Source: Macrostomum hystrix
Lineage: Eukaryota; Animalia; Platyhelminthes
DNA length: 64,000 bases
Reading direction: 5' to 3'
Assembly: GCA_950097015.1 (NCBI GenBank)
Contig: CATNEN010000008.1
Span: 496,001 to 560,000, forward strand
Position numbers and translations under genes: made by a program. The stretch's first letter is position 1. Each line of letters begins with the position of its first letter. Of the stretch, positions 25,240 through 37,810 are shown one piece after another. A model generated the notes under the pieces. The model worked only from the letters and a program-made list of their open reading frames with translations, was not told the origin of the DNA and searched no databases.

Positions 25240-25556
25240 CCCCTTCTCTCTGATTGTGCATTCTGCCAACCAACCCCTTCTCTCTGAATGTACATTCTGA
25301 CAACCAACGCCTTCTCTCTGAATGTACATTCTGACAACCAACGCCTTCTCTCTGAATGTACATTCTGACAACCAACCCCTTCTCTCTGAATGTACATTCT
25401 GACAACCAACCCCTTCTCTCTGAATGTACATTCTGACAACCAACCCCTTCTCTCTGAATGTACATTCTGACAACCAAACCCTTCTCTCTGAATGTATATT
25501 CTGACAACCAAACCCTTCTCTCTGAATGTACATTCTGACAACCAACCCCTTCTCTC
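25240..25556. repeat. Minisatellite, 34-bp unit CCCCTTCTCTCTGAATGTACATTCTGACAACCAA
   Basis: Tandem unit read directly; about 9 copies; contains the 12-bp palindrome GAATGTACATTC. Confidence 0.95.
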
Positions 25557-26202
25557 CGTTTCTCTTTTATATCCCTTGTATTTTTGTTGAAAATTTGATG
25601 CAGACTAACTCTGCCTTTCTATGCTAGGCCAGCTACATAAAACCATTGTGCTCCCCAGTACTTGCAGCTTGCTTTTGGATATTTGAAAGCAATGAGAACT
25701 ACTAAATTTCTAACCTGTAAATAAATATTGAGCATCAATTGCACTGAAATTGATTACGATCTTCAGATATTTTTAAGAATATCGATTTATTCAGCTGCTG
25801 AAATACGAAATACTTAAATGAGTTCTTAATAGCTGCAAAAAATGTTATCGTTGCAATGCTTGCTATTATTCAGTTTTACAAATTTATCTCGTCTTGTCGA
25901 TCTCATCGAATATCGGTCGAAAAATTCCTGGTTCACTTTAGATGTTGAAAATGAAAAGTACATTTGGAACTAAGAAATAAAGTCGCTACTCAATGTGAGA
26001 GGAGGCGCGGGGACCATTGTTCATTGAAAATCACTGTTCATTCACTTGCTGCTCCTTCGGGGTACAAATAATTTAAATTACACAGTTAATTACACAGCTT
26101 TGCTCAACTGTAGCGACAATTTTACAGATCTTCCCTAGCCTAGATGCCTTCTGTGTTAATAATGAGATACTGGTGTCAGTGAAAAGTAGACTTTCCAATC
26201 TT

Positions 26203-26904
26203 GCTGCGATTCTACATAGGGTTCCATGTGTGATTCTACCTGTTTCCTGCTGCGATTCTACATATGGTTCCATGTGTGATTCTACCTGTTTCCTGCTGCG
26301 ATTCTACATAGGGTTCCATGTGTGATTCTACCTGTTTCCTGCTGCGATTCTACATATGGTTCCATGTGTGATTCTACCTGTTTCCTGCTGCGATTCTACA
26401 TAGGGTTCCATGTGTGATTCTACCTGTTTCCTGCTGCGATTCTACATAGGGTTCCATGTGTGATTCTACCTGTTTCCTGCTGCGATTCTACATAGGGTTC
26501 CATGTGTGATTCTACCTGTTTCCTGCTGCGATTCTACATAGGGTTCCATGTGTGATTCTACCTGTTTCCTGCTGCGATTCTACATATGGTTCCATGTGTG
26601 ATTCTACCTGTTTCCTGCTGCGATTCTACATAGGGTTCCATGTGTGATTCTACCTGTTTCCTGCTGCGATTCTACATAGGGTTCCATGTGTGATTCTACC
26701 TGTTTCCTGCTGCGATTCTACATAGGGTTCCATGTGTGATTCTACCTGTTTCCTGCTGCGATTCTACATAGGGTTCCATGTGTGATTCTACCTGTTTCCT
26801 GCTGCGATTCTACATAGGGTTCCATGTGTGATTCTACCTGTTTCCTGCTGCGATTCTACATAGGGTTCCATGTGTGATTCTACCTGTTTCCTGCTGCGAT
26901 TCTA
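26203..26904. repeat. Minisatellite, 46-bp unit (two related 23-bp halves) GCTGCGATTCTACATAGGGTTCCATGTGTGATTCTACCTGTTTCCT, about 15 copies
   Basis: Very homogeneous array; degenerate related units continue to about 27060. Confidence 0.95.
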
Positions 26905-28276
26905 TCTGTGCTTCCTGCTGCGATTCTAGCTATCTTGCTGCGATTGTAAATAGTTACGGTTATTGTTGTGATTTTAGCTACGTTTCCTGCTACGATTCTA
27001 GCTATGGTTCCTTCTGAGATTCTATCTGTTTATTTGGTTCTTGCTGCGTTTCTTGCTACGATCTGTGAGCAGCGACCTTCTTGCTACCACCTTAAGCTTC
27101 TAAAAGTATCTAGCCTCATCTACCTTATTTAGGTACTATGAGAGGACATCCGGCACATTGAAATGTCGGACCATATTTGCTGCTCTATTCACAGCGCAAT
27201 CAAGCAGCAATTTCGTTTGCCAGACGCAAAAGGGTTAAGACTTCAGTTAAGGAAATTTACTGCATTGGCGGGCCCGTGAATTCCAGGTCGCAAATGGAAT
27301 GGAATGCCGCCCCCATTGGCTCAATAGCTGATGGATTGGCATGCGAATTCGCGGGTATGCCACTATTCTTGGCATGGTCAGGGTTTCGCTCCAGGCGTTT
27401 AACAACCTGGCATCGCGGATAGCCAGCCACAAGGGGGATGCTGTCCCGAGCTGTCCTCCTACAAGCCTCGTGAAGCTATGTTTGACCTCAGCTGCCAGCC
27501 AGCCGTTGATTCTGGCTCAGCATCAATCTCCCACTCTCTCTGTCCTCGATATAGACCAGCACAATTGGCGTCAGCGGTTTTCACTGCTACCGTAGTGACC
27601 TCCCACTGCGTCGTATCGTCAGTGTTCATTCGCCTAACAGGTCGTCAAAGATCTAGGCCAAAAAAAGAATTCGACGAAAAATGACCAGCATTTTTAATTG
27701 ACTAAAATTGCCTTCATTATCTAGCTCTGATTCGTCAGTGCAACTGAATGAGATACTTTCTCGATTGGCTAAAAATGGAACAATGCATATATGTTTATGT
27801 CTGTGTGTATCTGTTTATTTAGAATATGGTTGTCTGACTGAAGTAAAAATGGTCACAGACACATTCCTTCGTTTTTTTCTCGCTTCTTTTCGTTTTTTCG
27901 CTCAAGAGCTTGCCAGTGATCTGATTCAAGAGTCCTATGATACTAGAGGTTTAAACTCGACTATAATTCACTTTAGATACCTGCGGTTGCGGCTTCGAGG
28001 CTATTGCGCACTTCTGCGGCGTAGCAAAATTTTTCTAATTATTTTTTTGCGCCGGTTTCTTTGGTTACATAGCCGCGTAGTCACAACGGTGTGGAGAGAC
28101 AGAAACATACTGTTGAAGAATCGACAGAAATGCACCCGGCTTGCTTCGAGGTGTGAACTTATTTCCTGCAAATTTGGTCTTTTCCCTTTCTTAGTTTTCC
28201 GTTGGCCTCTTGAACATGTTATAATAATCACACTTATTATAACCGTGATTGCTCAAAAACTGACACACGGTCACTA

Positions 28277-28602
28277 GCTGTTGAGACACTCAACAAACTA
28301 GGGAGGTCAGAAGCTGTTGAGACACTCACCAGACTAGGGAGGTCAGAAGCTGTTGAGACACTCACCAGACTAGGGAGGTAAGGAAGCTGTTGAGACACTC
28401 ACCAGACTAGGGAGGTCAGGAGCTGTTGAGACACTCACCAGACTAGGGAGGTCAGAAGCTGTTGAGACAATCACCAGACTAGGGAGGTCAGAAGCTGTTG
28501 AGACACCCACCAGACTAGGGAGCTCAGAAGCTGTTGAGACACCCACCAGACTAGGGAGGTCAGAAGCTGTTGAGACACTCACTTAACTAGGGAGGTCAGA
28601 AG
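28277..28602. repeat. Minisatellite, 36-bp unit GCTGTTGAGACACTCACCAGACTAGGGAGGTCAGAA, about 9 copies
   Basis: Tandem unit read directly. Confidence 0.95.
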
Positions 28603-29781
28603 TGTTCGTAAAATTGAAAGTCAGAACGGGTTGAGAGCATCGAAGTGCAAGAGTTTCGCTCGGACAATGCTCCTTTAGGCGGCTTACCAAACAGAAATGC
28701 AAGTATTTTGACATCGATTTGCTTGATTAGGCCTCTGAAAATGGTAGGTTTTGTGGCATGCTTGAAGAGCGACAACAATCAATCCGTGTCCAGATGAACA
28801 AGACGCTAACGGAAGTAAAACCAGTGAGAATTAGACTTTAGACGAAGGTAAAGTCTCCCATGTCCTGCCAGAGCCTTTTGTGGGGTGAAGGAGCCATTTA
28901 GAACTGCTGCGTCTGCTAACAGCCGCACAACATAGGGACAAGGATATCGCCATAGGGAGGGGATGACGAGGGAAATTAGCGTGTGCGTGAGTGTGTGTGT
29001 ACGTGTGTGTGCGTGTGTGTCGATGCAATTATCCTACTAAGGCAGCAAAACCGGGTGCAAACATGTCGTTTAGGCTGTCAGAAAAGATTTCAACCTTCGC
29101 GTGCCAAACTGAGTGATTGACGTTCGACTTAAAGACTAAAAAAAGACAGAATCTAGTAATTGTTGTCGCCTTTAGTAATAATAGTTTTCGCACAATGCGC
29201 TCCTACAACGTTGGCATCAAAGATAAAGCAGAGACACGGCTTTCGATTTCTAAATCAAACTAATATCAAATGGACAGCGAGTCTAATGAGAGTATTTATA
29301 CATTTACTCTACTGCTATATACAGAGTCCATGGTGCTATATAAGCAGGATTTATTTCAGTACAATAATTCCTTTCGACACCCATCTATCCCGGCTCAAAT
29401 TCCATAATCGCTGTGTATTTTAGTAAGAGTCGTAGCTGCAGAATCTGAATTGTTATTCTCTATTTTGGCCCATAGGATCTGGGTCTACTCACTCGTTTGA
29501 ACGGAAATTGCTTCTTACAAGCCATGCGGATGTGGGCCTGTCGCAACATGGCGTCAGAGAACTCTGCCACTGCGGCATAACTGGATGGACTGAGTTACTC
29601 AGTTTTAAATAACAGTACGAATGCACGCAGAACTCAAAGTACTCAACATCCTGAGCTTCAAATGCTTTTATCGACTAAATGCAAACTGCGAAAATTAACA
29701 AAAGCCTCGTTTTGAAACTTTTAGATTTGGGTTTCGGCTGGGATACATGGAATTTTGATTGTTAGACACAGGTTTGGACTA

Positions 29782-30143
29782 GGGGGTCGGTAGCACAGCG
29801 GTTAACGCGTTTGCCTCTCGCACCAAGGTCCCTAAGTTCGATTCCACGGCGAGGCCACATTTATTTGGGGCGCAGCCGCGTAGAGAAGGCTTGGGGGCTT
29901 GTCGTGCAATTTACGCCCTTGATGGCAACCTCCAAGGCACAGTGAAATGTACACTGCATGACGATGGGAAAGTCAGGGCAGATGTACACATGTGAGCGTG
30001 TGCCTGCTCACACAGGCACGTGTGAGTATCTGTGTGAGTGTGTGCTCAGGAGTCAGCGTAATGGGCAGAATTGTCTTCTCGCTGGCTGCGGGTCTAGGGT
30101 CACCAAATGATGATTTTGATAATTCACCAAAATTATAATTTTG
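29782..30143 (+). mobile_element. SINE family 1, full-length copy
   Basis: tRNA-like head with A box TAGCACAGCGG and B box GTTCGATTCC, conserved body and AATTATAATTTTT tail shared with the 37811 copy. Confidence 0.9.
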
Positions 30144-30146
30144 GTT

Positions 30147-30962
30147 GGAGACTTGGGATTCCGATTCTGAGACTTGGGATTCCGATGTGGAGACTTGGGA
30201 TTCCGATTCTGAGACTTGGGATTCCGATTCTGAGACTTGGGATTCCGATTCTGAGACTTGGGATTCCGATTCTGAGACTTGGGATTCCGGTTCTGAGACT
30301 TGGGATTCCGATTCTGAGACTTGGGATTCCGATGTGGAGACTTGGTATTCCGATAAGGAGACTTGGGATTTCCGATTCTGAGACTTGGGATTCCGATTCT
30401 GAGACTTGGGATTCCGATGTGGAGACTTGGGATTCCGATGTGGAGACTTGGGATTCCGATTCTGAGACTTGGGATTCCGATTCTGAGACTTGGGATTCCG
30501 ATTCTGAGACTTGGGATTCCGATGTGGAGACTTGTGATTCCGATTCTGAGACTTGGGATTCCGATGTGGAGACTTGGGATTCCGATTCTGAGACTTGGGA
30601 TTCCGATTCTGAGACTTGGGATTCCGATTCTGAGACTTGGGATTCCGATTCTGAGACTTGGGATTCCGATTCTGAGACTTGGGATTCCGATGTGGAGACT
30701 TGGGATTCCGATGTGGAGACTTGGGATTCCGATGTGGAGACTTGGGATTCCGATTCTGAGACTTGGGATTCCGATGTGGAGAATTGGGATTCCGATGTGG
30801 AGACTTGGGATTCCGATTCTGAGACTTGGGATTCCGATTCTGAGACTTGGGATTCCGATGTGGAGACTTGGGATTCCGATTCTGAGACTTGGGATTCCGA
30901 TTCTGAGACTTGGGATTCCGATAAGGAGACTTGGGATTCCGATTCTGAGACTTGGGATTCGG
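30147..30962. repeat. Minisatellite, 21-bp unit GAGACTTGGGATTCCGAT(TCT/GTG), about 39 copies
   Basis: Tandem unit read directly; starts immediately after the SINE tail. Confidence 0.95.
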
Positions 30963-31581
30963 ACTGATAACTTGGAATTTGTTTGAATGTGACATTTGAA
31001 ATCGCATTAGTAGAGACTTTGCCAAATAAAGAGCAACTACACAATAAAAATACCTCAGCGGGACCACTGCAGCTAAAAAGCGCCGCTATTTGGTAACTTC
31101 ACCATCAAGCTGCACCTGCACTGCCTGCATGGCACTGAAAATTCCTAGCTGCCCTATAGCAATATCGGTAATGGGGTATATTGTTTGCCTCCAGCCCTGG
31201 CGGCGCACTGACCATCTGGCGCTTTCATCTATCTACATCGCATCTATAGCCGCATATCCCTGCCTCTCTTACCTGGCTGTGATATCGCCGGCTGACTTTG
31301 CCTTGAAACTGTCAGTCACATTCGGTTCGTAGTGTCGTGGGCAGATTTCAGCAATAGCTTATCTGTGTGTTGTGTACTCGTGTGTCTCCTGCCTAGACTG
31401 GGGGGTAGGCTCATCAAAATCTGTAAGTCCTCATGAAAGCTCAGTTGGGATGCGGCCTCTATCCCCGTGATTGACACTGTCTATGAAGTACTTTGGACCC
31501 ATCTTGTAGGTCAGCTTTGCCAGCTCCTTCTGATCTCCTTTGGGTAAAGTTTTTTGTCTTTGATTTAGTTCGAAATCGTTG

Positions 31582-31636
31582 ATAATTTGGGCATAGTCGA
31601 TCCGCAGTCAGTGAGGAGGCCGTTCTGCCCATTACG
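31582..31636 (-). mobile_element. SINE family 1 3'-module fragment
   Basis: Reverse strand GTAATGGGCAGAACGGCCTCCTCACTGACTGCGGATC. Confidence 0.6.
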
Positions 31637-31759
31637 GGCATCCGTCGCGTCACAGATGCAATGGGTGGGCTGGATAAAGCCGGGGTACCATTAGAATAAG
31701 TGACTATCTATAGATATTTAAGGATAGATTGATAGACATCGCACCTAACCCACTTAGGC

Positions 31760-31992
31760 AGGTTGTAGTATTTGTAGCCTAGTAGTTCTTACCCCAGGAA
31801 GTCTGGTAGTATTTGTAGCCTCGTAGTCTTTGTAGCCTTATAGTCCTTGTAGCCTCGTAGTCTTTATAGCCTGGTAGTTCTTGCAGCCAGGAAGTCCTTG
31901 TAGCCTGGTCCTTGTAGCCTGGTCCTTGTAGCCTGGTCCTTGTAGCCTGGTCCTTGTAGCCTGGTAGTCTTTGTAGCCCGGTAGTCCTTGTA
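31760..31992. repeat. Degenerate minisatellite, core 14-bp unit CCTGGTCCTTGTAG
   Basis: Several exact 14-bp copies at about 31900-31965 flanked by decayed units. Confidence 0.8.
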
Positions 31993-33090
31993 GAACAATT
32001 GAGGATAGATTACACATATATTTACACAGTATATTCAATTGAGCAGATCAGAGGCAGGCAGTACAGACATGGGCTCAGTAGTGAACTCCGTGTAAGCTTC
32101 AAAGCCGAGGCAAGTGAAACTGTTAGCCATGCTTTGACCTCCACATTGCCCTGCCCGCTCTCCTCTCCGCCCCAACATCATGCCCGGCAACTAAACAGCG
32201 CCATTCGACCCTCGCGTTTCCGGCCCCGCCGCACGGACGCGCGCCTCTCGCGTGCATTCGTTGCAAAAATTTGCGTCGCGTCATGCAGCAATGCCCGCAC
32301 CTCTGACCCAGCCCACACAGCATCCCCATCCGTCCTCGATCTATTTTCCCCTTTAAGCCTCGTACGCCAGCTTCCCATCGGTAGCTGGGATTACGAACCT
32401 GTACTGCGCCTCTATAACTTCTAGTCGCTCGAAACTCAGAAATATTTTTGTGTTGCTTTTTATTGAATTTAAGAAATTTTTTTATAGCACCGAGTTGGAG
32501 TCGTTGAAAATCCTTCAGCAGAGCATCGTCAACACTCGACAGCTCAAGTTAAAATGTGAGTTCATAAATTCGGCCATCATTAATTTTCCTTCAATTCAAG
32601 CCCTTCTCGTCTGTCATCAACTCGACCAGACTCTGCCGAGCAGTTTCAAGCTTATCTTTAGCAAGCTGCTCAGCTCATCCTTCATACTATGAGTTCTCCT
32701 GCACAGTAGACTTCTGAGCCAGAGAAACTCTAGACAAAGGATTGAGGACTGAGCCTAAGAGTGCTATCGTTAATACCACACTCACCTTTGCAGCTTCAAG
32801 CCCACCTGAAATAACCCAGCCGAATAAATCAAGCGCTTAGAATCCCTTTGTTTTAAGCACAATTCTCCGGTGCTGTTTAATCTCACAACTCAACCGAGGC
32901 GTTTCGTCACTTTGTCACGCATCAACCTTTAAGTCTGAGAAGAATTTAGGTATTTGTTTGTTCCCCATTGGGGCAAGCTGTGAGCTTTATGGGAGATGAT
33001 TTATCTATTAATAAGTTTTAGAGGTCTGCGCGGCGAGGCGCAGCCATGGAGCCGAATTAAGCTCGCAGTTTGTTTCGCAATTCATGTCCA

Positions 33091-33158
33091 TGAGGGCCAA
33101 ACCCCAAGACTAAGACAAGAATACGACGATGAGAAATTCAGGGCAGTTGTACACGCAC
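33091..33158 (+). mobile_element. Old SINE family 1 body fragment
   Basis: TGAGGGCCAAACCCCAAG ... GACGATGAGAAATTCAGGGCAGTTGTACAC matches the family body. Confidence 0.55.
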
Positions 33159-33185
33159 ATATCAATTTTTCTTGTAAATTGCGGT

Positions 33186-33225
33186 TTAGGGTTAGGGTTA
33201 GGGTTAGGGTTATAGGGTTAGGGTT
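33186..33225 (+). repeat. Interstitial telomeric tract (TTAGGG)4-TTATAGGG-TTAGGG
   Basis: Read directly. Confidence 0.9.
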
Positions 33226-34493
33226 GCTCGTTCGTGTTTCGGTCTTGTAGGTCGAACTTTTCTAGTCACCTGAGAGTCTAAGACAAATATTGTAACGAAA
33301 TGCACTAAATACCAGAGAAGAAATACCGGACAAGCGGTTTTTCATCGCATACAGCCCCCGCTCCCATACCATTTCTGGTCTGAAAAAATGGGAGAAAATG
33401 TGTCAATGGGGGAGATGGGAAATTCTCCATACCAGCTTTGCGGGGTGGGCAATCTAGAAATATTTATTTCCATTTGCCCAGCCGAATTCCACAGTCGGCG
33501 TGGCGGATGCTTAATCATGCCGAACAGAGCTCGGGGCGCGCGGTTAGAGAGGCCGAGCAACAGTGGCAGAGAGATCGCGCACGCAGCTCTCACAGGAGGC
33601 ATTTAAGAATGCCGCCGTATGGAAAGCTGGCCTGCGACAGAGAGGCAAAGAGCGACTCTCGGATGCTGATAAACACAGTCATAAAACTGGCATAATCCCT
33701 CAACTCGCTCGCTCGCTCGCTTGCAGGAGCAACCATCCTCTGCCATTTTTCTCCACTGCCTCTTCGTTCGCGAAATTAATGGCGGAAATTTTCAATGCAG
33801 TCATTTAACTTACAGTTTCGCTTATTGGCATCGGAATTGAAGACAACGCGATTCACTGAATATCGCTTACAATGCTCGCTTCACTTGTAGAGCACGAAAA
33901 TTTCCAAAAAAGAGAAAGTGCGGGAGCTGACGTCACACCTAAGGATATTATTTATACGATTTATTAAATATTTCTATGTGTAACTGACAATTAATATGCA
34001 CTAATGCCGCAAGCTATTTGATCGTGCATGCATCAGTTTAAAAGTACATAGGCGCTCTACACCCCGTTTTCCAGTCCAGACTTCCTGAAACTTTCAACAA
34101 CTCGGACCTTCATTTAAAGCTTCACTGTTAAGCCATCATTTTAGAAATAAAAAAATTGACCAGCCCAAGTATAGCGGGTCACTTTGGAATTTAAAAGGCC
34201 ATTCTTTGTTAAACAACTTGAGAACTCACTGAACTGTAGATTAACAAGACATGAATTCAGTTGCTTAAACGTACTTTCTTCGTCAGGGACTCGCCCTTCG
34301 ATGCCTTTCAATATTTTCATCTTCAAAAAACAGGCAGCATCCAATACATTATCCGTACAATGCATTTCTATTATTTCTAATTGTTTTAAAGCTTTGTTAT
34401 ATTTCGTTATCATTAGTACCTGCTTTCCTTTGGTAATAGGCTGCGCACGTCAGCCTATTCTTTTTCCTTTGTTGCCGCTCTATGCTAATCTAT

Positions 34494-34825
34494 ATTTTAT
34501 TATTTTTTCATTATTTGCAGGAGGGCAGCGGGCAACGGCAAGTGACACTGGACCCGCAGCCAGCGAGAAGGCAATTCTGCCCATTTCGCTGACTCCTGAG
34601 CACACTCGCACACAGATACTGTACATAGGCACACGCTCACACAGTTGTGTACATCTGCCCTGACTTTCTCATTGTCGGGCAGTGTACACTCTCACTGTGC
34701 CTTGGTGGTTGGCCCTTAAGGGCGTAATTGCACGACAAGCCCCCAAGCCTTCTCTCCGTGACTGTGCCCCAAGGACCATGGTGCATGAGTCAAACGCGTT
34801 AACCACTCTGCCACCGACCCCCCGG
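34494..34825 (-). mobile_element. SINE family 1 copy with A-rich tail and 10-bp TSD GCTAATCTAT
   Basis: TSD at 34484-34493 and 34826-34835; head GGGGGGTCGGTGGCAGAGTGGTTAACGCG on the reverse strand; B-box region rearranged or deleted. Confidence 0.9.
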
Positions 34826-36251
34826 GCTAATCTATCACTTATTCCTAGTCACTGTCCGATTCTGTCCCTTAATGTACATAGCTGAGTTCCCTAACCCAAA
34901 TGTACATTACTTTATTATCTTTGTTCTTTGTACAGTTCAGAATTTTCTGCCTATACTGTGCACAGATAGCTATATTTTTTTCCCATACAGGGAACTGTAG
35001 TTATATCACTTTATGAACTGCGCCCATATCTCTCGAGAGAGCTTCTTCTGCTTCCTCGAGCTGATCGACCCCGCGTCCGCACCGGGTAGCAAAGCCGCAG
35101 CCACCTCCCTACCACCTTGATCGCTCACGCGTCTGCGTGAGAAGCCTACGGGGCGGGGGGTAACTCACAAAGGCCCGCTCGCTGAGTTGACCCGATGCGG
35201 CTCGTTCAGTCAGAAAATTTGTTACAATTCCAACTAGAGAAGCGACTAAAGGCGAGAGGGCGAAAAATGAGTATAGGATGAGGAAAGATGAGTCCTTTGT
35301 TGGAAAAGGCTCGGCTTTCGAGCGCTCCCTCCCTGTGATACCCCCTTGCCCCTCGTTTGTCTTTAGAAGAAGAAGAAAGCAGGAAGCTACAGCTGGGAGG
35401 CATGGCTGCTCATCGGATTTTACGCGCAGTTGGGGAGGAATAAGCGGGGTACAACGTACAAGGCTGCTTCACCGCATTTTCTAAAATATTTTTTCGTAAC
35501 TCGAAAATTTTAACCCCCCCCAGCAAGCTGGCTGCGCGAGTTTCTCCCGATCCGGTCATAAAAGCGCGGGCAGACTCAAGCTTGGATACTGCCCGGGAAA
35601 AAAGGAAGTCAGACTGACAGAGTGACGGTGAGACAGAATGAAAAGAACTGGAATAAGCCCGGAGCCTTCTCAACTAACGCTTCAGTGAATGCCCGCACCC
35701 GCCCGCCTGTCACAGCTGGAATTTCTGCGACTAAGCGAACACTGGGAGCATGGGGAGAAATAGAAAGAGAAGGACTTATCTAGCAAATCCCTAATTAATT
35801 TGCCTGACAGAGGACTAAGTCTTATCAGCTGCCGTCGGGAGCGGTGCCCCCCCCGCCCCACTACCCAGGCCGGGGTTGAGACGACTACTGAGTTTCAAAG
35901 ATCTGAAAATATGGCCGGGACTGCGGTTGCGACTCGACCCCAGCTCTCCGTCTTACTCTCTCGCTCGCTCCTATCTCATACTTGTTCGAAACCCCCCGGC
36001 CGTGTCCCGTGTCGCCTGGCTAATCTGGGCTGGAATAAGCCGAGAACAAATTCATAGTAAAGGTAGCGAGTAGGCACTTGTGACAGTCCCAGCAGAGGAG
36101 TACTTAAGACAGAGCACCAATTGCTTATGGGCCGTATTAGTAGTTTAAAAGATTTGCAACTTTTGTTGTCCGAATCGCAGCAGGAGATTTGGCTGGAATC
36201 GGCTTCTTGCCAAATTTCTGCGAAATTTAGGTTGACGACTCGGCAGATTTG

Positions 36252-36918
36252 GCAAGAATCGCAGCAGATGGTGCAAGAATCGCAGCAGATGAGGCAAGAA
36301 TCGCAGCAGATGGTGCAAGAATCGCAGCAGATGGTGCAAGAATCGCAGCAGATGGTGCAAGAATCGCAGCAGATGGTGCAAGAATCGCAGCAGATGGTGC
36401 AAGAATCGCAGCAGATGGTGCAAGAATCGCAGCAGATGGTGCAAGAATCGCAGCAGATGGTGCAAGAATCGCAGCAGATGGTGCAAGAATCGCAGCAGAT
36501 GGTGCAAGAATCGCAGCAGATGGTGCAAGAATCGCAGCAGATGGGGCAAGAATCGCAGCAGATAGGGCAAGAATCGACGCAGATGGGGCAAGAATCGCAG
36601 CAGATAGGGCAAGAATCGACGCAGATGGGGCAAGAATCGCAGCAGATGGTGCAAGAATCGCAGCAGATGGTGCAAGAATCGCAGCAGATGGGGCAAGAAT
36701 CACAGCAGATGGTGCAAGAATTGCAGCAGATGGGGCAAGAATCGCAGCAGATAGGGCAAGAATCGCAGCAGATGGTGCAAGAATCGCAGCAGATAGGGCA
36801 AGAATCGCAGCAGATGGTGCAAGAATCGCAGCAGATAGGGCAAGAATCGACGCAGATGGGGCAAGAATCGCAGCAGATGAGGCAAGAATCGCAGCAGATG
36901 GTGAAAGAATCGCAGCAG
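36252..36918. repeat. Minisatellite, 21-bp unit GCAAGAATCGCAGCAGATGGT, about 32 copies
   Basis: Tandem unit read directly. Confidence 0.95.
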
Positions 36919-37810
36919 TATCAGAGCAAAGCAGTGCAGTATCATAAATAACAGGTTTGGCTGTTCTGTAGGCGCAGCTAGTCTGTGAAGCAAATGTAAG
37001 CACTAGCACTTCGAGACAAGCTGTTTGCTGTCTTCAGACGTCGCTGAGATGATGCCAGCATCAATCAAGAGGCTGCCAGCAGCCTGCTGCGAGCTATCCT
37101 AGGCCGATGCTCAGCTGAGGGTTTGCTAGTAAGGAAATTGGCCAGATAAGTGAGAGTAAGGCAGGATATGACATTAGAGTGATGCGACAGGATGTTCACG
37201 GGGAATCTCTTTGCCTTTGGATGCACGGCCTAATTACACGTTGGGGTGGGGTAATTTTCAGGCAAAGGTAACAGTAACACAAGGCCGTAGCTAGCTGTGT
37301 TTGCCAAAGAACTATGAGCTCAAGAACAGACTACTCGAACTCGGGGATCGAGGATGACAGAGGAGGATGAGGAGCGGAGAGAAGAAGACGCACGCAGGCT
37401 CATAAAAAGAGATGAAGCTAAATCAAGCCCCCGCAGTCCAGGGATCGGACATAGCAGGGGATCAGGAGGGCCAGTGGAAAGATCGCAGATTAAGGCTCGG
37501 CATTATCGCTTGTGGAAAGTCCCGACCATAGGGGATTATTGAGAGCGGAACACACGTGCGTGAGCCGCGGCCTTGTCTTGCGTCCCCGAGACCACCCAGT
37601 CAGCTGGGAGGGTCGGGTAGGTTAGGAAGGCTGAGAGTACAGTATGCGGGCCACCTGCTTTTTTATCGTGTCGTCAAATGCCTCCGCTTTGATGTGGGTG
37701 AAATTCATTCTTTATTTTTATTTGCAGAATTTTCCTGGTTTACAATTGCATTGGACTAAAGGCGTTTCTATGTCTGCTTATTATTTACTAGGATGTAACT
37801 GTAATGGGTT

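Noticed and set aside
25240-28602. CRISPR-like appearance of 34-46-bp repeats with palindromes
   Set aside because: Units are head-to-tail with no unique spacers, there are no cas genes, and the context is eukaryotic.
29782-29860. Functional tRNA genes at SINE heads (also 63075 and 63785)
   Set aside because: A and B boxes are present but acceptor and anticodon stems do not pair properly, and the sequences continue into SINE bodies.
29973-31067. SETWDSD / SESQVSE / RNPKSQN repeat proteins
   Set aside because: A 21-bp array open in several frames on both strands; one ORF start lies in a SINE; no splice or domain support.
34141-34413. LINE reverse-transcriptase C-terminal fragment (MKILKGIEG)
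   Set aside because: A single short motif resemblance with no other RT motifs nearby.
36121-37009. Gln-rich (QESQQMV)n ORF and other frames
   Set aside because: Multiple frames on both strands are open through the 21-bp array, which is a repeat artefact.
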